A stretch of 64,000 bases of DNA from Candidatus Moraniibacteriota bacterium (GTDB lineage: Bacteria; Patescibacteriota; Minisyncoccia; Moranbacterales; DUUL01). Under the pieces are notes generated by a model that made no database searches, was not told the origin of the DNA, and saw nothing but the letters and a program-made list of their open reading frames with translations. The position numbers were made by a program, and so were the translations under genes. The stretch spans positions 128,274 through 192,273 of the forward strand of contig JBFHFF010000002.1 of assembly GCA_041583775.1 (NCBI GenBank), written 5' to 3'. Shown here piece by piece: positions 58,799 through 64,000 of this stretch. Within the stretch, counting starts at the first letter, position 1. Each line of letters opens with the position of its first letter.

Positions 58799-60052
58799 AT
58801 GTTCGATTCACTTAAAAATAAACTGAAAAATCTTCCCACAAAACCAGGAGTGTATCTTTTTTATGGCAAAAAAAACTCTCAAAACAAGGAAGAACTTTTA
58901 TATATAGGCAAAGCAACATCGCTTAAAAGTAGAGTCAATTCTTATTTCAAAGAAAAATTAAACTATGAAAGACCAATTGAATTTGTAGTTGAACAAATAA
59001 AAAGAATAGAAACAAAAAAAACAGACTCTGTTCTGGAGGCATATTTTTTAGAACAAGAACTTATTGGACAGCTTCAACCAAAATATAATGTGCTAGGAAA
59101 AGACGATAAATCATTTGTCTATGTTGGTGTGACAAGGGGTGATTTTCCAAGATTTGTTGTTTATAGAAAAACCGATATTGAACAGGGGTTGGCAGATGAA
59201 GTTTCAAAAATGTTCGGGCCTTTTACGGCAAAACATTTAGTAGAGAGTGCTTTAAAGATTTTGCGAAAAATTTTTCCATATCACAACAAAAAAGAAGAGA
59301 CAGAAAAGGGTTGTTTGGATTATCAAATTGGGCTTTGTCCTGGGCCATACGCTGGCCAAATTTCAAAAAAAGACTATGCAAAAAATATTCAAGCAATAGA
59401 GCTTATGTTTCTTGGAAAAAAGAAAATGCTCATCAAAAAAATCAAACGAGAAATGGAAAAATTTGCAAAAAAAGAAGAATTTGAAAAAGCGACCAAACTA
59501 AGAAATCAATTGTTTGCACTTGAGCACATTCAAGATATGGCAATGATTAGTGATAGAAGTAAGCAAAAATTGCATTCTAGTAAAAAGTTGAGAGTTGAGG
59601 GGTATGACATTTCCAATACAGGAGAAAACCAGATAGTTGGCTCTATGGTTGTTTTTGACAACAAATTTGGAACAATGGAGGCAAATAAAAATGAGTATCG
59701 AAAATTTAAAATTCGAGAAAAAAATGGGCAAAATGATCTTATTGCTATGAAAGAGGTTTTAATAAGAAGATTTTCTAACAATTGGGAATTACCGAATCTT
59801 GTTATTATTGATGGAGGAAGCACGCACCTAAGATTAGTCAGGGAGATTTTTTTAGATATGAAAATTCAAGTGCCAATTATTGCTGTTGCAAAAGGACCAA
59901 AAAGGAATAAGTTGGATATTTTTTCATATGGAAAAGTGCCTAAAATAACGAAAAAAACAATTGCTGCAGTTAGAGATGAGGCTCATCGTTTTGCAATTAA
60001 TTATCATCGAAAATTAAGAAGTAAGGCGATGTTTGAAATGAAAAAAGATTAA
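58799..60052 (+). CDS. uvrC: Excinuclease ABC subunit C (compact, no C-terminal HhH)
   Basis: GIY-YIG (PGVYLF...LYIGKA.SLKSRVNSYF), QPKYN, UVR motif, EGYDIS, IIDGG, RDEAHRFAI. Confidence 0.92.
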   Translation: MFDSLKNKLKNLPTKPGVYLFYGKKNSQNKEELLYIGKATSLKSRVNSYFKEKLNYERPIEFVVEQIKRIETKKTDSVLEAYFLEQELIGQLQPKYNVLGKDDKSFVYVGVTRGDFPRFVVYRKTDIEQGLADEVSKMFGPFTAKHLVESALKILRKIFPYHNKKEETEKGCLDYQIGLCPGPYAGQISKKDYAKNIQAIELMFLGKKKMLIKKIKREMEKFAKKEEFEKATKLRNQLFALEHIQDMAMISDRSKQKLHSSKKLRVEGYDISNTGENQIVGSMVVFDNKFGTMEANKNEYRKFKIREKNGQNDLIAMKEVLIRRFSNNWELPNLVIIDGGSTHLRLVREIFLDMKIQVPIIAVAKGPKRNKLDIFSYGKVPKITKKTIAAVRDEAHRFAINYHRKLRSKAMFEMKKD

Positions 60053-60142
60053 AGAAAAAGTCAGTGACATTTAACATTTTATTCTTTACTTATTCCTCTT
60101 TTTGTAGTAAACTTCATTCTTAGATAAAAGTAACAACCTTTC

Positions 60143-62977
60143 ATGGAGAAACGCAATAAAATCATCATAAAAGAAGCATCTCAGAATAATCTGAAAAAAA
60201 TTAATATCGAAATCCCAAAAGATAAACTGGTCGTGATTACTGGAGTTTCTGGAAGCGGAAAAAGTTCATTAGCATTCGACACCTTATATGCAGAAGGATA
60301 TCGTCGTTATGTAGAAAACTTGTCTTCTCACGCAAGATTTTTTCTCCAATCAATAAAAAAACCAAAAGTAAAAAGTATTACAAATCTTTCACCAGCAATT
60401 GCAATTGATCAAAAAAGTGATTTAAATAATCCTCGTTCAACTGTCGGGACAATAACCGATATTTATGACTTTTTTAGAGTTTTATTTGCTGAGGCTGGCG
60501 AACCAAACTGTTCTTTTTGTGGCCATAAAATGGAAAAACAAGACGAAAAAACATTAATTGAAAAGATACGAAAAATGCCAAAAGGAACCAATATTGCGAT
60601 TTTGGCAAAATGGAATGGAGAGCAAAAAACTGTTAGAGAAAAACTAAATGCAATCACGGGACAAGGCTTTGCAAGGGTTAGAATTGCTGGAAAGATAGCG
60701 ATGGCCTCTCAAATATCAGTTCAGGATTTTGCAGAAGACGAAGAGATACAAGTTGTGGTTGACAGGATAATGCTTTTGCCAAATCGTTTTGACAAGGAAA
60801 GAATCATCGATTCATTGCAATCCGCTGCTAAAATATCAAAAGGGGTGGCAATTGTTCTTATTGACGGTGAACATGTATTAAAATATAGCAAGCAGTTTAG
60901 ATGTTCTTCTTGTGGTAAGGTTCTTGATGATTTAATGCCTAAAAACTTCTCTTTTAATTCTCCAGAGGGTGCATGTGAGCTTTGCACAGGGCTAGGTGTG
61001 GTTTTTCGTGCTGATAGAAACAAAATAATTCCAAGTGAAACAATATCAATCAACGAAGGTGCTATTATGCCATGGAGTAGATGTGGCGGAAGAGTTAATA
61101 AGGAATCTTATCATAGTTTAGTTTTGAAAGCTTTGGCAAAAAAATATAAGTTTAAATTAAATGAACCTATTGGAAAAATTCCTAAAGATAAAATAGATAA
61201 AATATTATATGGCACTGGTGATGAAAAAATCACAATACAAGGCAAGAACACTGCAAGAAGAGAAATTGTTTTTGAAGGAGTTGCTCCGGAGCTAGAAAGT
61301 CGTTATGTTAATGCAGAGTCTTCTTTCGTTCGAAATGAGGTAGAAAAATACTTAACAAAAGTTAAGTGTCCTAAATGTGAAGGAAAGCGTTTGAAAAAAG
61401 AATTTTTAAATGTAAAAGTGCTTGGAAGAACAATAGATGAATATGTAACTTGTGAAATAGAGAAGTTAATAGAAATTCTCAAAAAAGTAAAAAAAGAGGA
61501 AATAATTAAAAGTGAAAATCATTTTCAAGTCAGAATGATGGAGCAGATTTTTGATGAAATAACCTCAAGACTGAAACCATTCGAGGATGTTGGCCTAGGA
61601 TATCTTAACTTAAATCGTAGCAACCAAAGTCTCTCAGGAGGAGAATTTCAAAGAGTGCGATTATCAACACAATTATACAGTGGTTTATCTGATGTAGTGT
61701 ATGTTCTTGATGAACCATCAATTGGACTTCATCCGCGTGATACGCAAAAACTTATTAAAACTTTGCGAAAGTTGCAAAAATGCGGTAATTCAGTTGTTGT
61801 CGTTGAGCATGATAAAGATATTATTTTAGCAGCTGATTATTTAATTGACATCGGTCCAATGGCTGGTGAAGATGGGGGAGAGGTTGTTTTTGAGGGAACA
61901 ATAGAGCAATTAAAAAAAACTGATACGAAAACAAGTAGGTATCTTTTTGGAAAAAAGGGGAGGAAAGAAAAAGTGATTTCAAAAAATAGAACTAGCTCTA
62001 AAAAATTGGTCATAAAAGGAGCAAGGCACAATAATTTAAAAAATTGTGATGTTTCAATTCCTCTATTAAGTCTAGTTTCTGTTGTGGGGGTTTCTGGTGG
62101 GGGAAAAAGCTCTTTAATTAATGATATCTTGGCAAAAGCAATTCGAAGAGAGATACATAGTAGTGCAGAAGCTCCTGGAGAGCACGATAGGATTATTGGT
62201 ATGCAAAATGTTTCAAAAGTCGTTATTGTTGACCAGGGATCTATCGGTAGGTCACCTCGTTCTAACGCGGCAACCTACACAGGAGTCTTTAGTTATATCA
62301 GAAAGCTTTTTGCTCAGACTGAAATTGCTCAAAAGAAAAATTTTACTGCTAGTCATTTTTCTTTTAATATGCGAGGAGGAAGATGTGAATATTGTCAGGG
62401 AGAGGGAGTTAAAAAAATCGAAATGCATCTTCTAAATGATGTTTATACTGATTGTCAGATGTGTAATGGAACAAGGTATAGTAGTAAAATGTTAGAAGTA
62501 AAATATCACGGAGCAACAATTGTTGATGTTTTAGATATGAGTGTCGATTACGCATATCATTTTTTTAGTTCTAACAAAACAATTACAGATAAGTTGGGTG
62601 CATTAAGGAATGTCGGACTTGGGTATTTAAAATTGGGACAAAGTGCAACGGAACTTTCCGGAGGTGAGGCTCAGAGAATTAAATTAGCCTCAGAATTAGC
62701 TAGAAAATCAAATGGAAATACCTTATATATTTTAGATGAGCCAACTATTGGTTTGCATTTTAGCGATGTTCAAAGATTATTGGCAGTCCTTCAGGGGCTT
62801 GTGGATGCTAAAAATTCTGTTTTAGTTGTTGAGCACAACACTGATGTTATCGAAGCCAGTGATTATATTATTGAAATTGGTCCAGAAGGCGGAGTTGCTG
62901 GGGGAAAAGTTGTTTTTGCTGGCGCTTTAAAAGAATTAAAAAAAGCCAAAACTACCACAGGAAAGTTTATTAAATAG
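60143..62977 (+). CDS. uvrA: Excinuclease ABC subunit A, second divergent paralog
   Basis: ASQNNLKKI, GVSGSGKSS, AEGYRRYVENLSSHARFFL, LSGGEFQRVRL, GVSGGGKSS, LSGGEAQRIKLA. Confidence 0.93.
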   Translation: MEKRNKIIIKEASQNNLKKINIEIPKDKLVVITGVSGSGKSSLAFDTLYAEGYRRYVENLSSHARFFLQSIKKPKVKSITNLSPAIAIDQKSDLNNPRSTVGTITDIYDFFRVLFAEAGEPNCSFCGHKMEKQDEKTLIEKIRKMPKGTNIAILAKWNGEQKTVREKLNAITGQGFARVRIAGKIAMASQISVQDFAEDEEIQVVVDRIMLLPNRFDKERIIDSLQSAAKISKGVAIVLIDGEHVLKYSKQFRCSSCGKVLDDLMPKNFSFNSPEGACELCTGLGVVFRADRNKIIPSETISINEGAIMPWSRCGGRVNKESYHSLVLKALAKKYKFKLNEPIGKIPKDKIDKILYGTGDEKITIQGKNTARREIVFEGVAPELESRYVNAESSFVRNEVEKYLTKVKCPKCEGKRLKKEFLNVKVLGRTIDEYVTCEIEKLIEILKKVKKEEIIKSENHFQVRMMEQIFDEITSRLKPFEDVGLGYLNLNRSNQSLSGGEFQRVRLSTQLYSGLSDVVYVLDEPSIGLHPRDTQKLIKTLRKLQKCGNSVVVVEHDKDIILAADYLIDIGPMAGEDGGEVVFEGTIEQLKKTDTKTSRYLFGKKGRKEKVISKNRTSSKKLVIKGARHNNLKNCDVSIPLLSLVSVVGVSGGGKSSLINDILAKAIRREIHSSAEAPGEHDRIIGMQNVSKVVIVDQGSIGRSPRSNAATYTGVFSYIRKLFAQTEIAQKKNFTASHFSFNMRGGRCEYCQGEGVKKIEMHLLNDVYTDCQMCNGTRYSSKMLEVKYHGATIVDVLDMSVDYAYHFFSSNKTITDKLGALRNVGLGYLKLGQSATELSGGEAQRIKLASELARKSNGNTLYILDEPTIGLHFSDVQRLLAVLQGLVDAKNSVLVVEHNTDVIEASDYIIEIGPEGGVAGGKVVFAGALKELKKAKTTTGKFIK

Positions 62978-62992
62978 CGAATTTAAAAGAAA

Positions 62993-63928
62993 ATGGATAA
63001 ACAACTAAATAAAAATATTGTTTTCACACTTGCTTATTTTAGTGCAACGAAATATCCATTAACATTATTTGAATTGTGGAGAAATTTATTTCAGGCCGAA
63101 GGGTTAAAAAAACAGTATTCTTTTTATGAAATAAAAGAGGCTACAGAAAGTAAACATCTTGCTTCAAAAATTGACCAAAAAGATGGGATGATTTTTTTAA
63201 GAGGAAGTGATGAATTCGTTAAAGACAGATCAAGGGCTAACAAATTTTCAATAACCAAATTAAAAAAACTTAAATTTTGGGCGAAGGTTTTTGGTGTAGT
63301 CCCTTATGTTAGAGGTGTTTTTTTAACAGGAACACTGTCAATGAAAAATGCAAAACAAAACAGTGACTGGGATGTTTTAGTGGTTTTGGCAAAAAATAGA
63401 ATTTGGCTAGGAAGATTGCTTTTGGCAGTCATGCTTCAACTTATCTGTAAAAGAAGGCATGGCGATAAGGTTGCAGAGCGTTTTTGTTTAAATCACTATA
63501 TAACAGAAAATGCTTTAATTTTAGAAGAGCACAACGAATTTTCTGCTAATTTTATTTCAAGTTCAATGCCGATTTTAGGAGGGGGTATTTATAAAAAATT
63601 TTTACAAATGAATGAATTCTGGATACAAACAATAAAACCAAACTATAAAAAAGAAGAAATCTCTGAAAATGATGTGGAAAGTGTGGAGAATACTGTCATA
63701 AAAAGAAAAGTACAAGTTTTTATGGAAATTGTCCTGGAAAAGACTGGAATGGCAAATTTAGCAAACACTCTTACTAAAGAAGTTATGATAAAAAAAATAA
63801 AGCAAAACCCAAAGACTTATTGGGAAAATGCAGATATCCGTTATGGGGAAACAGCTTTAATTTTTTTACCAAAACCACATAGGATTGAGATGCTCAAAAA
63901 AGCTAGACAGAAAATTTCTGCCTTGTGA
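62993..63928 (+). CDS. Putative Pol-beta-like nucleotidyltransferase domain protein
   Basis: VFLTGTLSMKNAKQNSDWDVLVV ([GS]-x-DxD pattern), RIWLGR, FCLNHYI. Confidence 0.7.
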   Translation: MDKQLNKNIVFTLAYFSATKYPLTLFELWRNLFQAEGLKKQYSFYEIKEATESKHLASKIDQKDGMIFLRGSDEFVKDRSRANKFSITKLKKLKFWAKVFGVVPYVRGVFLTGTLSMKNAKQNSDWDVLVVLAKNRIWLGRLLLAVMLQLICKRRHGDKVAERFCLNHYITENALILEEHNEFSANFISSSMPILGGGIYKKFLQMNEFWIQTIKPNYKKEEISENDVESVENTVIKRKVQVFMEIVLEKTGMANLANTLTKEVMIKKIKQNPKTYWENADIRYGETALIFLPKPHRIEMLKKARQKISAL

Positions 63929-64000
63929 TTAAAAAGATAATAAAATTCTAGGAAATAATTGAGGTATAACGCTTGAAATTGTTTAAGTTGACAAAATGCT

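Noticed and set aside
55445-60142. LexA/SOS boxes upstream of uvr genes
   Set aside because: No convincing CTGT-N8-ACAG or GAAC-N4-GTTC palindrome seen by eye in the promoter regions
989-62435. Numerous 60-175 aa ORFs antisense to or nested in long genes
   Set aside because: Shadow ORFs with F/S/I/L-rich composition, as expected from the antisense strand of AT-rich genes
1-64000. Alternative genetic code (UGA=Gly, as in Gracilibacteria/Absconditabacteria)
   Set aside because: Conserved genes are full length under code 11, and TGA terminates several of them (recQ, recG, dciA)

Overview
AT-rich bacterial chromosomal segment that spans the replication origin and reads as standard code 11. The gene content resembles Patescibacteria/CPR (Parcubacteria-like); that taxonomy is inference. 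Gene orientation switches near 35.3-36.0 kb, from mostly minus strand on the left to mostly plus strand on the right. Left arm: secA (partial), recQ, hpf, murB, tatD, metG and glycosyltransferases, two O-antigen-ligase-like genes, and a ~19 kb co-directional run. That run starts at dnaA-dnaN-dciA, continues through a UbiA fusion and enters a relaxase-free T4SS-like cluster (VirB6-like, PrgI, TraC-like, VirB4, CPBP protease, large surface protein, pilin). Centre: DnaA boxes on both sides of dnaA, an orphan secreted-protein gene and four parS-like palindromes. Right arm: seven tRNAs, a CCA-adding enzyme with an extra HD domain inserted in its catalytic head, rarA preceded by a third DnaA-box cluster, murI, mscS, envelope enzymes, a membrane-anchored deiminase-fold protein, recG and uvrA-uvrC-uvrA. 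The most notable unannotated element is a promoter-driven, multi-hairpin small RNA/40-aa ORF at ~6.0-6.25 kb that converges on a putative PD-(D/E)XK nuclease. All calls come from reading motifs by eye; no searches were run.
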